Shown here piece by piece: positions 17,820-27,284 of a DNA stretch of 34,580 nt. The notes under the pieces are model-generated. The model saw only the letters and a program-made list of their open reading frames with translations. It made no database searches and was not told the origin of the DNA. Origin of the DNA: Campylobacterota bacterium (GTDB lineage: Bacteria; Campylobacterota; Campylobacteria; Campylobacterales; Sulfurimonadaceae); the NCBI GenBank assembly GCA_034717975.1, contig JAYEMF010000113.1, forward strand, positions 1 to 34,580, written 5' to 3'. Position 1 is the first letter of the stretch. Each line of letters opens with the position of its first letter. Both the position numbers and the translations under genes were made by a program.

Positions 17820-20800
17820 CATATACATCCCTGTAACCAAGCAAAGGATTAGCATTGAATGCTCCTTCCACTGCTCCGGTTATCAGGACTCTATTATCAC
17901 CATCAATGGCTACGTCATTAGCCTCATCCCATCCGGACGTTCCAAACTGCTGTATATCCATTACTGAACCATCACTGTTCAGCTGCATCATAAAGGCATC
18001 ATCCTTCTCTTGAAATCGGGTAACATCCCCCATGCTACCCTCTGTTTTACCAACGAGATAGAGTCGATCATTCGTATCAATACCGATCTGATTTAAACTG
18101 TCATACTGCGATGAGCCATACGTGTTTTGCCATAGTGTATGCCCTTCGCCATCCACCTTAATGACATAGAGTTCCTGATCATCCCCTCGTCCGAAAATCT
18201 CACCAAAATAGCCCAGCGTATTGCCGGCAAGGTAAAGGTCACCGCGACTATCTATCACCATGCCGCTAAACTTGTCATACTCATTTGTCCCAAAACGCTT
18301 CGTCCAGGCATACTCCCCCAACGGGTTGTATTTGACAAGTACAATATCGGTATCGCCTATGACAGATGTTCCGGCCAGATCGCTATTGCTCTCACCTGCA
18401 AGATAGAGCGTACCATCTTCTTTGACACTCAACTCTTTCGCATATTCATTACCAGCGCTTCCAAACTGTTTTACCCACACTTGGTTACCCTCAGAACTGT
18501 AGTGTGCGACAAACATATCTTCACTGCCATACGAAGCAGCACCCAAACGGCCAAAAGTCGAACCGGCAATATAGACATTTCCTGCGCTGTCCAATTCAAT
18601 TGTATTGGCCTGCTCAACATCACTTGACCCAAGCATCCGTGTCCACTTCCGCGTTCCCAAACCGTCAATCTTGATGATGAAGGCATCGAAGTTCCCTTTA
18701 TAATGCTGACCATGTAGCGAACCGGCCGCATAACCTGCAATATAGGCATTCCCTTCCATATCTACTGCAATATCTGTTGGAATATCGACACTCGATGTAC
18801 CATACAGACGTGTCCAGAGACGATTGCCGTCACGATCAAACTTCGTCACAAACACATCTATAAACCCTATGGCTGACACACCGTCGATCGCGTCCCATGT
18901 CGTACCTGTAACATAAACGGAGCCATCGCCGCCTGCAGCTACACCCACTCCGATATCTTTTTTTACATTACCATACTGAGCTGTCCACTCATGTACACGA
19001 AACGTTACAGTTACCGGGTTGCTTTCCCCAAGCTCGTTGACAGCCTTTGCCTGAAGTGTGTAACGTGAACGCTGTGCATGATCGATACTCGCTCCATCAG
19101 CCACCCGGATAAATCCGTCCGATGTAATCACAAAGTCTTCAGCACCCTCTCCTTCGAGACTCAGCATCGGTATATCACCGCCGGCACGGTTGACAACAAG
19201 AATGCCGACCAAGGTACCTGCCGACGTACCGCTGGAGATCGTCCCGGAAAAATCCGCAAGTTCCGGTCGCCCCTCCTGCACATCCTCAATCTGGATCACA
19301 AGAGTTCCGGAAATTGTCTTTCCGGTACTGTCATAAACAACAGGTCGCAGATCATAACGGTTAAGCTGTTCGGCATTGAGCGGATTGCGAAGGTAGATCA
19401 AGCCATTTTGATCCACTTCAAAATGTCCGGAAGCCAGGGTGTACCAGACGATAGGATCATCCCCCTCCTCGACCACATTCACTGCACCCACACGTGTTCC
19501 GACAGGCGTATCTTCGGGAATAGTGATGCTATCGGCTTCGATCTTTGTCTGTTCGACAATATTGAGTATCTCGATCGTGACCTCAAGTGTGCTGCTATGG
19601 CCGCTGGGGTCACGGGCTTCCAGCACTATCTCATACCTGTTGTCTGCATTGCTATCCTGAGGCTTTTCATAATCAGCAATCGACCTGAACGAGAGCTCAC
19701 CATCCGTACTTAGCACAAACAGCTCCTTATCATCACCACCTATAAGTGCATAACTGACACTGCCGCTGTTATCTTCGGCAGTGGCACTATAAGCATGCGT
19801 ACTGTTTTCAAACAGACTCACTGACGAAGCGCTTAAAAAAGTAGGTGGCGTCTGATCGGGTGTTGAAAATACCAGGCTCATCTCACTACTGATGACCTGA
19901 CCGGCATCATCGACACGTTTTAGTGTCAGTGTCATGGTGTAGTCTCCGGCATCGGCCAAGGTGCTCTCGGGCTTAAAGGTGACGTGATGACCATCAAACG
20001 TCACACTCCCTGCGACCTCTTCATCGTTGCTATCTTTCACGACAAGGTCTATCTGATCCAAAGCTACATCATCCATATTCGCATTAAAATCAATCATCAG
20101 GGTATCGTTCTGATTGCCATAATCATAAACAACCGTATCTACAACGATCCGTCCATAGACCAATCTGTATGCATCCTCATAGATCGCTTCATTCATATAG
20201 ATCTTTTGGACAATAGGTTCGATCTCTGTAGCGTAATCAGCATAGAGTTTACTCTTGTCAAAATAGGGAAGCCATGTCGGAAGGTCATACCTGTCGACAG
20301 TACCGTCACTGTTACTACCAGACTTCAACAGTTTTACAGCGACTTCATCCAGCCGCATTTCAACGGCCTCAGTCGTTGCATTTTGAGCAAGCAGCCCTTT
20401 TGTCAGCTGATAGCCGACCTCCGTTAAAATATTTACTTTCAGCCCCTGCGCCTTGATCTGCGCTCCGCTGTAGATGGCATGCAGCGCACCCTTGTTAACT
20501 GTCACATTTTCATCAAGTTTCATATCATCATCGGCGTCGATATCTTCACCGCCTTTAATGGCGAGAAGGTATAGCTTTTCATCTTCTAGCTCTTCTCTAA
20601 AAGTACTGGGAAAACTGATAAGTCCCGTGGTAATATTTGATCCGCCATAAGTTGTCGAACCGGTATGAAGCGGTAGTGTCATATTGCTATCAAAAGCATC
20701 ATAAAGTTCGATTGCAGCCCCTCCAAGCGGGCCAAGAAGAGCCTGATCGAGTACAGGGATCAGTTCATAGACTGTTGACGCTCCGCTTTTCACAACTGTC

Positions 20801-22215
20801 GTGCTCATAGGCGTGAAAACATATGAACCACCACTATTCCCACCAACCGGATCACTTCCACCACCAAGCATCAAGATTTGCGGCTGTTCCTCCTCTACTT
20901 CTGAAATATACAGATCGGCCACATGGCCAAGATCAAGTGCCTCTTCAGCAGCAACATCTAATGCAAAAAGCTCATCCCCGCCGAATTTTTTCACATTCAG
21001 AAGCAGTGTCACCGGTGTCTCGGAAAGACACTCAAGCGATGCATCACTACTGGTCTCATGGGTAATATGTATACCAAAATATCCCAGCCCGATATCACCC
21101 TCTTTTTCTACATAATAGTGCTCTAGCCCTACCCCATCGATATCATCAATATCTTTGATGCCTGCTTCAAACTCCAGATCCATATCAATACTCGGATAGT
21201 TCCAATGCAATCCAACAGTTATGAAGCCCTCTTTGGCGGTAATATTTTGATCTTCTGCATCACATGGGCACTCACCATTGACAAAAGTTCCTCCAACTTG
21301 ATGAAGCTTCCCCAAAGACTCATAATAAACATTATCAATCGAAGCAATCTCACGATCAAACTTGTGTTCTAAGTGAACCACTTTGCCACCCAGACAACTC
21401 TGTTCAAATTTTGCTTTCCATTGTGTAGATGTTTCATCGAGCGTACCTTGCAACTGCTTGAATTTATTCATAATTTTTGTTCGTGGGTCATCCTGATCAA
21501 GATAGGCTGATACAAAACCGTGTCCAGGTACTCCTTTGGCATTTGATTCAAGACTTCCAAAGATGGGATTAATCACAAAATCACCAAAGATAGTGACATA
21601 CTCTCCATGCTTGGCTTCAATCTTTGAGGCTGGCGTAGCAACCTGTAAATTGGCAAAATAATCGCTGTATTGGCTGCCTTTCAGTTTCTTCGTATAGATA
21701 CGATTGGCAAATAAATTCCCCTGGGAGTGAGAGATCAGTAATACACGATGAGATTGCTTAAAACTATAATGATAATACTCTTCCCACATCTTATCAACAT
21801 TGCTTTGTTCAATTTCGGCAATAGATACATCGTATGCCGCTTCATAAGCAGCACGCATGGCATCATTGGCCAAAGAGGTAAAGAGAGCAAAAAATCCTAT
21901 GGACTCTTCAACTTGACCGGAGAGTTTTAATTGATAAAAGGTTTCAAGGAGGTCGGCCATAGTCCCTTCTCCCCAGTTATAGGCAAGATAAATTTCTTCA
22001 CCATGCTTTTGCTTCATAAGATTTGAATTTTTATAATATACAGTTGCTTTTAACTTTTTAATTAATTTTTCTATACTATCTTGGGCATCTTCTTCTTCAT
22101 TCCACACCCCATTCCCAAACCAAATATCTGTTTGACATTCACTAACTGAATAATTTGCATTTACATGAGCATAAATTAGTGATAAAACAATTAGAAATCG
22201 AACTATTGTTTTCAT
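17800..22215 (-). CDS. Large secreted multidomain protein: alpha/beta-hydrolase (SHSQG), YfaP-like, Ig-like, cadherin repeats, SBBP beta-propeller
   Basis: Signal peptide; LISHSQGNLFAN; VGLHWNYPSIDMDL; cadherin motifs DYEKPQDSNADNRYE and IPEDTPVGT; about seven repeats of D..GNVY.AG.T...D.F..K....G...W....G. Confidence 0.85.
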   Translation of the reverse strand: MKTIVRFLIVLSLIYAHVNANYSVSECQTDIWFGNGVWNEEEDAQDSIEKLIKKLKATVYYKNSNLMKQKHGEEIYLAYNWGEGTMADLLETFYQLKLSGQVEESIGFFALFTSLANDAMRAAYEAAYDVSIAEIEQSNVDKMWEEYYHYSFKQSHRVLLISHSQGNLFANRIYTKKLKGSQYSDYFANLQVATPASKIEAKHGEYVTIFGDFVINPIFGSLESNAKGVPGHGFVSAYLDQDDPRTKIMNKFKQLQGTLDETSTQWKAKFEQSCLGGKVVHLEHKFDREIASIDNVYYESLGKLHQVGGTFVNGECPCDAEDQNITAKEGFITVGLHWNYPSIDMDLEFEAGIKDIDDIDGVGLEHYYVEKEGDIGLGYFGIHITHETSSDASLECLSETPVTLLLNVKKFGGDELFALDVAAEEALDLGHVADLYISEVEEEQPQILMLGGGSDPVGGNSGGSYVFTPMSTTVVKSGASTVYELIPVLDQALLGPLGGAAIELYDAFDSNMTLPLHTGSTTYGGSNITTGLISFPSTFREELEDEKLYLLAIKGGEDIDADDDMKLDENVTVNKGALHAIYSGAQIKAQGLKVNILTEVGYQLTKGLLAQNATTEAVEMRLDEVAVKLLKSGSNSDGTVDRYDLPTWLPYFDKSKLYADYATEIEPIVQKIYMNEAIYEDAYRLVYGRIVVDTVVYDYGNQNDTLMIDFNANMDDVALDQIDLVVKDSNDEEVAGSVTFDGHHVTFKPESTLADAGDYTMTLTLKRVDDAGQVISSEMSLVFSTPDQTPPTFLSASSVSLFENSTHAYSATAEDNSGSVSYALIGGDDKELFVLSTDGELSFRSIADYEKPQDSNADNRYEIVLEARDPSGHSSTLEVTIEILNIVEQTKIEADSITIPEDTPVGTRVGAVNVVEEGDDPIVWYTLASGHFEVDQNGLIYLRNPLNAEQLNRYDLRPVVYDSTGKTISGTLVIQIEDVQEGRPELADFSGTISSGTSAGTLVGILVVNRAGGDIPMLSLEGEGAEDFVITSDGFIRVADGASIDHAQRSRYTLQAKAVNELGESNPVTVTFRVHEWTAQYGNVKKDIGVGVAAGGDGSVYVTGTTWDAIDGVSAIGFIDVFVTKFDRDGNRLWTRLYGTSSVDIPTDIAVDMEGNAYIAGYAAGSLHGQHYKGNFDAFIIKIDGLGTRKWTRMLGSSDVEQANTIELDSAGNVYIAGSTFGRLGAASYGSEDMFVAHYSSEGNQVWVKQFGSAGNEYAKELSVKEDGTLYLAGESNSDLAGTSVIGDTDIVLVKYNPLGEYAWTKRFGTNEYDKFSGMVIDSRGDLYLAGNTLGYFGEIFGRGDDQELYVIKVDGEGHTLWQNTYGSSQYDSLNQIGIDTNDRLYLVGKTEGSMGDVTRFQEKDDAFMMQLNSDGSVMDIQQFGTSGWDEANDVAIDGDNRVLITGAVEGAFNANPLLGYRDVYVTKLGE

Positions 22216-22218
22216 ATT

Positions 22219-22803
22219 TTAGTTTTCAATTTTTGTAATATCAACTTCGCATGTTGAGAGGGAAGGGAAAATTTTCACTGTAAATACTTTGCCGCTTAGT
22301 GCAGCATTATAATCAAAATAAATTTCCAACCTTTCTCTTGTATTAAATACAATATCTTTATATTCAGCATCTAAAATATCCTGACTTTTTGAGTCTTCAT
22401 TTAAATGATACTGTTCATAGTAGTACTCTTCACATTCACTCGCCTTACTCATCATCTGCTGAGACGTCATCGCCTTCTCAGCCCCAAACTCCAAAATATG
22501 CTGCACCGCACGACCATACTGCATAGCAATAGCCCGTTCTTTATTGGCATGTTCAAACCCCTGAAACCTGGCATAAATATACCGCTCCACATCATCACGC
22601 ACACCGTTAACGTTATGGTCTATTCCAAGTAAAGTATCATCTCCGTCACTCCCGGGATCGGGCGGTACAGGTTCGCCATCAACTTCGAGCGGGACAACAA
22701 CTTTTTTGCCGTCAATTACAAATGAACCATCCTGTTCGCTATTTCTGGACGAACAACCCAACAACATAAAAAGAAGAAAAACGGAAATGGAAAAACGAAG
22801 CAT
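22219..22803 (-). CDS. Lipoprotein of unknown function, co-transcribed with the large hydrolase
   Basis: Lipobox LLG-C; PPDPG...TLLGIDHNVNGVRDDVERYI (DxDxNG-like Ca-binding loop); ends 3 nt before the next ATG. Confidence 0.85.
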   Translation of the reverse strand: MLRFSISVFLLFMLLGCSSRNSEQDGSFVIDGKKVVVPLEVDGEPVPPDPGSDGDDTLLGIDHNVNGVRDDVERYIYARFQGFEHANKERAIAMQYGRAVQHILEFGAEKAMTSQQMMSKASECEEYYYEQYHLNEDSKSQDILDAEYKDIVFNTRERLEIYFDYNAALSGKVFTVKIFPSLSTCEVDITKIEN

Positions 22804-22905
22804 ACTTGGCCTTTTAAAATATTTATCATATTATTGTGATATAAACCGGCAAAGTATAGTGAAGGATTTGTTAAAGGGCTCTTAATTTATTACATTTTTG
22901 TGATT

Positions 22906-23298
22906 TTAATACCAATCTTTAACGGGCAACTCTTTAATTCGGCTAAACTCTTTTGTATTATGGGTAATCAATGTAGCATGATTGGCTTTTACACAACCGG
23001 CGATCAGCGTATCGACAGGACCAATGGGCATGCCAAGTTTTTCCAATTCAGCTCTGATATCTGCAGCAGCTTTTGCTTCCTGATCAGTAAAGTCAATGAT
23101 CTTTACATGCTGTAGCAGTTCATGCAGTTGCTCTGTTCTTTTTTCCGGAGCATTTGACTTGGCAATGCCCACGTAAAGCTCATACACGACAATAGAAGGA
23201 ATAGCAATGTCCTGCGGCGAATGCCTAAAAAAATTTTCTGCCACATTGCCCATGCCTTTAAAGAAATAGATCAATGTATTTGTATCAAGCATATACAT
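22906..23298 (-). CDS. vapC: VapC PIN-domain toxin
   Basis: YMLDTN, VVYEL, IGPVDTLIA, LITHNTKEF. Confidence 0.93.
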   Translation of the reverse strand: MYMLDTNTLIYFFKGMGNVAENFFRHSPQDIAIPSIVVYELYVGIAKSNAPEKRTEQLHELLQHVKIIDFTDQEAKAAADIRAELEKLGMPIGPVDTLIAGCVKANHATLITHNTKEFSRIKELPVKDWY

Positions 23299-23529
23299 TT
23301 AAAAATCCTCACGTTTCATATCGTCAACTTTTGTCTGTCTGATCTCTTTTTCATTCGGAAAATCACTCCAGCTGCCGCTTAGTTTTTTTATGGAATTCGG
23401 CCACTCCTCTTTAAGTTGCTGTTCAACAGCCGATACGATGAACTTGCTTATAGAAACATTCATCGACTGTGCAATTTTCTTGATCTTCTCTTCCAGCTGA
23501 TTATTAATATAGATTGTAACCTGTGACAT
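23299..23529 (-). CDS. CopG/ribbon-helix-helix antitoxin (VapB-type)
   Basis: MSQVTIYI...SISKFI; abuts vapC; GGAG RBS. Confidence 0.85.
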   Translation of the reverse strand: MSQVTIYINNQLEEKIKKIAQSMNVSISKFIVSAVEQQLKEEWPNSIKKLSGSWSDFPNEKEIRQTKVDDMKREDF

Positions 23530-23553
23530 GAAAACTCCTAAAAAGGTCCCTTA

Positions 23554-23575
23554 ACTTATATGTGTAATTATAAGT
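23554..23575. promoter_or_regulatory. Probable vapBC autoregulatory operator overlapping the -10 box
   Basis: ACTTATA-N8-TATAAGT inverted repeat overlapping a minus-strand TATAAT; three TAACTTA direct copies within 23552-23597. Confidence 0.55.
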
Positions 23576-23607
23576 GTTTAACTTACAACATAACTTAAAA
23601 CATTCTT

Positions 23608-24417
23608 CTAATTTCTCACCCGAATAAACACAGGATACTTCGGCTTCCCCTTTTTAGTCAGCCCATAATATTTAAATGTGATCTGTGTACCAATAGTTGG
23701 CGGTGCTGTTCGATCTACATTTTTCAAGCCGCTGCCAATTTTCACGATCTGGTCATTCCATTTGCATTGCAGCGCACCGACAAGCCCTTTGAACTTCCCT
23801 TTACCTGGAAGATAACCGACAACTTCACATTCGTCATCGTCAAACCCCTTGTATTTCAGTGACCGCCTGTCTCTTCCGGCATAATAAAGTGCGTCTGGAT
23901 TCCGAAGCACTGCACCTTCCCCGCCACCCTCTATAATCGCATCAAAAAAATCTTTTAGATTATCTCTATGGTCAATTTTTATCTGCGAAATAATTTTAAG
24001 ATACCGGTTTGGATGATCTTCCAAATAATTTTCCAGCTTTTGCAGTCGTTGCAGCAAACCGCCTTTGGCTTTCGGAACTTCAAAAACATTGTAAGTGATA
24101 ACCTGCCAGCCATCATGCGGCTTACGGGTATTGACAATAGATACGATCTGTTCAAAATTACTCCGGGAAGTCCAGAGTTCACCATCGATAGAAAATGGCG
24201 GAAAGCCCTTTGTAAACCAAATTGGCGCATCAAACACCCTGCCGCCACGGCTGATCAGTTTTTTCCCATCCCAATACGCCCGAACACCATCGAGCTTTTC
24301 GCTCATCAGCCAGCCGGTCACATCCATTGAACTATCATAAGTTTTAAGAAGCAGCAGGTTCGGAGCTTGTGCAAAGAGGTTATAAATCAAAAAGAGAAGA
24401 GGAACAATGTATTTCAT
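23608..24417 (-). CDS. Minimal ATP-dependent DNA ligase with N-terminal signal peptide (Lig E type)
   Basis: Hydrophobic leader MKYIVPLLFLIYNLFA; motif I SEKLDGVRAYWDG; IDGELW; EGAVLR; OB-fold KIGSGL...PKYPVFIRVR. Confidence 0.92.
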   Translation of the reverse strand: MKYIVPLLFLIYNLFAQAPNLLLLKTYDSSMDVTGWLMSEKLDGVRAYWDGKKLISRGGRVFDAPIWFTKGFPPFSIDGELWTSRSNFEQIVSIVNTRKPHDGWQVITYNVFEVPKAKGGLLQRLQKLENYLEDHPNRYLKIISQIKIDHRDNLKDFFDAIIEGGGEGAVLRNPDALYYAGRDRRSLKYKGFDDDECEVVGYLPGKGKFKGLVGALQCKWNDQIVKIGSGLKNVDRTAPPTIGTQITFKYYGLTKKGKPKYPVFIRVRN

Positions 24418-24443
24418 CTGTTTGCTCTGAAAGAAAATGAAGT

Positions 24444-24469
24444 CGCCATCCCAAAGAAGAAGAATGGCG
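24444..24469 (-). terminator. Hairpin between comEA and the ligase
   Basis: Minus strand CGCCATTCT-loop-GGGATGGCG followed by a U-rich ACTTCATTTTCTTTC. Confidence 0.45.
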
Positions 24470-24486
24470 GAAAGGAAGACTAAAAC

Positions 24487-24726
24487 TTAAACGTTCAACT
24501 CATCTTTGATCTTGTCATATTTCTTCTGACCGATACCCTTAATGTTCATGATCTCACGCGCATCTTTAAAACCATGTTCTTTACGATACTCGATGATCTT
24601 CGCAGCCGTTCCGGCACCGATGCCTTTTAACGTTGCCAGCTCTTCAGCCGTCGCCGTATTTAAATTGACCGCAGCAAAAAGCTGAGCGCTCAACAACAGT
24701 GAAACAATAAATGAAAACAGTTTCAT
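24487..24726 (-). CDS. comEA: ComEA-family periplasmic helix-hairpin-helix DNA-binding protein
   Basis: Signal peptide, then VNLNTATAEELATLKGIG...IKGIGQKKYDKIK; AGGAG RBS. Confidence 0.92.
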   Translation of the reverse strand: MKLFSFIVSLLLSAQLFAAVNLNTATAEELATLKGIGAGTAAKIIEYRKEHGFKDAREIMNIKGIGQKKYDKIKDELNV

Positions 24727-24835
24727 ATCAAACTCCTGTGATAAATTTCACAAAAAGTTTATCTATTTGTTATTTAAATACATCTTAAATATTATTACAT
24801 TTTTGTGATTTATTGGAAATTCTATAGAACTTATT

Positions 24836-25020
24836 CTATGCTATCTTTTTTGAGACCTCAAATACTGCCGTAACGCCAAGGCCCAGATATTCGGCGATCT
24901 CTGTCTCTAAATAATATGCCGATGCATTAACAATCTTTTGGTTTCTCTCCAGCCGTTCAACTGTTTCAAAAAATGAGCTCAAATGTTCACACTTTTCACT
25001 TAAAATGGGAATACATTCCC
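24836..25020 (-). pseudogene. Probable remnant of a RAYT-type transposase C-terminal HTH
   Basis: LSSFF...ERNQKIVNA...TEIAEYLGLGVTAV resembles LEHYF...REFAIVHA...TEIAHYLHLSNVAI in the intact transposase at 32246-33289; no HUH domain present. Confidence 0.5.
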
Positions 25021-25075
25021 GCTTATTAAATAAATAGATGGTATTATATTCCCATAATACTTGAAAGGCCATACT

Positions 25076-26269
25076 ATGTCTATAGTAAATTCACTAAAAG
25101 AGTACTCACTCCTATTCTTAAATAAACCAATACCAAGCTATGAAAGAGATCTTTTACATACCATCAATCTAAAAAATAAAATTATTGGGATTGTGGGCGC
25201 AAAAGGTGTTGGTAAAACAACGCTTCTTTTGCAGTTCATGAAAAAACAGAACCTGAGTGTTGATGAGATGATGTATATTAGTGTCGACCACCCTTTAATG
25301 AGTTCTACAACAATATTAGATATAGCAAAAGAGTTTTCTTCACTAGGTGGGAAACTATTGGTTTTAGATGAAATACATAATCAGGAAAACTTTGCAAATG
25401 ACTTGAAAACCATATGGGATTTTTTAGATATTAATATTATTTTTTCTGGTTCATCTGCTCTACACCTTGATAGTGCTGATTTAAGCAGAAGAGCTTTGAA
25501 ATATGTATTACCAACTCTCTCTTTTAGAGAATACCTTGAAATGGAGACTTCCCACATATTTGATAAAGTCGATTTGAAAGAGCTATTAAAAAATCATACT
25601 TCAATAGCCTCAGATGTAATGGCAAAAATAAAACCACTTAAATATTTCAAAGAGTATATAGAGTATGGGCACTACCCTTTTTATTTGGAAGACAAAACAA
25701 CATCTAAAATGAAACTAAGTGAAGCTATCACCAAAACAATTGATGTGGATTTACTTAAAATTTATAATATTGATCCAAAAAAACTACGAAATATAAAAAA
25801 GATTTTAACGATGTTGTGCACATCAGTACCTTATAAACCCAATATGAAAAGTTTATCAGATGCTGTAGATGTAGACCCTAAAACACTTTATGTCTATTTA
25901 AATGCGCTAGAGCGGGGCAAAATCATCAGAATGATTTCAGCTCTTGGCAGAGGAGAAAACATCATTAAAAAACCGGAGAAAATATATTTAGATAATCCAA
26001 ATATTTTTTATGCGTTATGTACTTCACCAGACATTGGTACTATTCGGGAGAGTCTGTTTGCATCAAGCATACAAAATGCTTCTTACGCTATTGTCGTTTC
26101 AAAAAAAGGAGATTTTAGAGTCCAAGAAACCTTCACTTTTGAAATTGGTGGTAAAAACAAAACCTATAAACAGATAAAAGATATAGAAAATAGCTTTGTC
26201 GTTTCTGATGATACAGAAATTGGATTTGGCAATAAAATACCGTTATGGTTATTTGGTTTCTTGTATTGA
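25076..26269 (+). CDS. AAA+ ATPase, AAA_14/DUF4143-type
   Basis: Walker A GAKGVGKT, Walker B LVLDEIH, FSGSS, KPEKIYLDN, C-terminal FEIGGKNK...KIPLWLFGFLY; AAAGG RBS before ATG 25076. Confidence 0.9.
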   Translation: MSIVNSLKEYSLLFLNKPIPSYERDLLHTINLKNKIIGIVGAKGVGKTTLLLQFMKKQNLSVDEMMYISVDHPLMSSTTILDIAKEFSSLGGKLLVLDEIHNQENFANDLKTIWDFLDINIIFSGSSALHLDSADLSRRALKYVLPTLSFREYLEMETSHIFDKVDLKELLKNHTSIASDVMAKIKPLKYFKEYIEYGHYPFYLEDKTTSKMKLSEAITKTIDVDLLKIYNIDPKKLRNIKKILTMLCTSVPYKPNMKSLSDAVDVDPKTLYVYLNALERGKIIRMISALGRGENIIKKPEKIYLDNPNIFYALCTSPDIGTIRESLFASSIQNASYAIVVSKKGDFRVQETFTFEIGGKNKTYKQIKDIENSFVVSDDTEIGFGNKIPLWLFGFLY

Positions 26270-26302
26270 CGATAAAATGTCAATCAGAACAGCCCTGTAC
26301 CA

Positions 26303-26430
26303 CTACTTTATATGACTGTTTTTCCCAGTGTAATAATCACGAAGATAATCTATAGCTGTAACATACTAACCTGAGTCATAAAAGGCAATCATTCGCTTAT
26401 TAAATTCCAATTTATCTTTAGCTTTAATAT
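26303..26430 (-). pseudogene. Fic-family C-terminal fragment
   Basis: Translates IKAKDKLEFNKRMIAFYDSG*YVTAIDYLRDYYTGKNSHIK*, versus IKAKDKLEFNKRMIAFYDSGDYASALEYLRDYYIEKNSHIK* in the intact Fic. Confidence 0.92.
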
Positions 26431-26499
26431 ATAATGAAGTCAATAGATCTTAATTTTATCATTTTTTTATGATACTATTTTGGCTTTCTAAACAATCAG

Positions 26500-26508
26500 T
26501 GCTATAAT
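26500..26508 (+). promoter_or_regulatory. Extended -10 promoter of mntA-hepT
   Basis: TGCTATAAT ending 7 nt before the ATG at 26516. Confidence 0.7.
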
Positions 26509-26515
26509 CCAACCC

Positions 26516-26884
26516 ATGATAGATAAACTTACTGCGAGTCTTAGAGAGCTGGACAGTGTCCTTTTTGCTTATCTCTTCGGATCTCAAGCAACCAAACAGA
26601 CCCATAATAATAGTGATGTGGATGTAGCCGTTTTCATCGCTTCAGACAAACTAGATCTGGACGAACAATTGACCATCCACCATGCATTAAGTAAAGCACT
26701 GCACCAAGAAATTGATCTGGTCATTTTAAACAACCTCAAAAGTTTGACATTGCTGGAAAACATCCTCAAAGATGGTGTTTTACTAAAAGACACTACCAAT
26801 GATCTACGAGAACTGTTTGAATTAAAATCTCATCATGACATTCTTGACTACAAAGCTTTTAAACGGTCTGTCCATGCAGCATAG
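26516..26884 (+). CDS. mntA: MntA-type minimal nucleotidyltransferase antitoxin
   Basis: YLFGSQA....SDVDVAV (GSx10DxD) and EIDLVILN. Confidence 0.9.
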   Translation: MIDKLTASLRELDSVLFAYLFGSQATKQTHNNSDVDVAVFIASDKLDLDEQLTIHHALSKALHQEIDLVILNNLKSLTLLENILKDGVLLKDTTNDLRELFELKSHHDILDYKAFKRSVHAA

Positions 26885-27284
26885 AATCAAAAAGAAGATT
26901 GTCAAACTGCGTAGCAATATTTCACTTTTGGAATCTTATGCACCCGATTGCAAAGAACGCTTTTTAAAAGACCCGATGTATGAAGGTGCACTGCTGCACT
27001 ATCTGTACCTCGTCAGTGATGGCTGCATCGCCTTGGCAGAGATGGTGATCAAAGAAAAAAATCTCGAACAACCGGAAAGTTATGCCGAAGCCATTGACGT
27101 TCTGGGAGACAATGGCGTTATACCAAGAGAATTTGCCTATGATTTCGCTCGCATCGCATCATTTCGAAACTTTCTCGCTCATGATTATGAAAAAATCGAT
27201 CACTTGGTCATTTGTGAACAAGCTTTAGCAAAATTGACTGATATAAAGACCTACCTTCATCATATTGAATCAACGCTCATTTAA
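26874..27284 (+). CDS. hepT: HepT-type HEPN (DUF86) RNase toxin
   Basis: FRNFLAHDY (RxxxxH followed by the modifiable Tyr); start overlaps the end of mntA. Confidence 0.9.
   Translation: MQHRIKKKIVKLRSNISLLESYAPDCKERFLKDPMYEGALLHYLYLVSDGCIALAEMVIKEKNLEQPESYAEAIDVLGDNGVIPREFAYDFARIASFRNFLAHDYEKIDHLVICEQALAKLTDIKTYLHHIESTLI

Noticed and set aside
17800..19000. Periodic sequence that might be a CRISPR array or DGR target
   Set aside because: These are protein-level SBBP propeller repeats. There are no identical DNA repeats with spacers, and no cas or reverse transcriptase gene in the window.
22906..23529. vapBC as a novel system
   Set aside because: Ordinary type II toxin-antitoxin pair.
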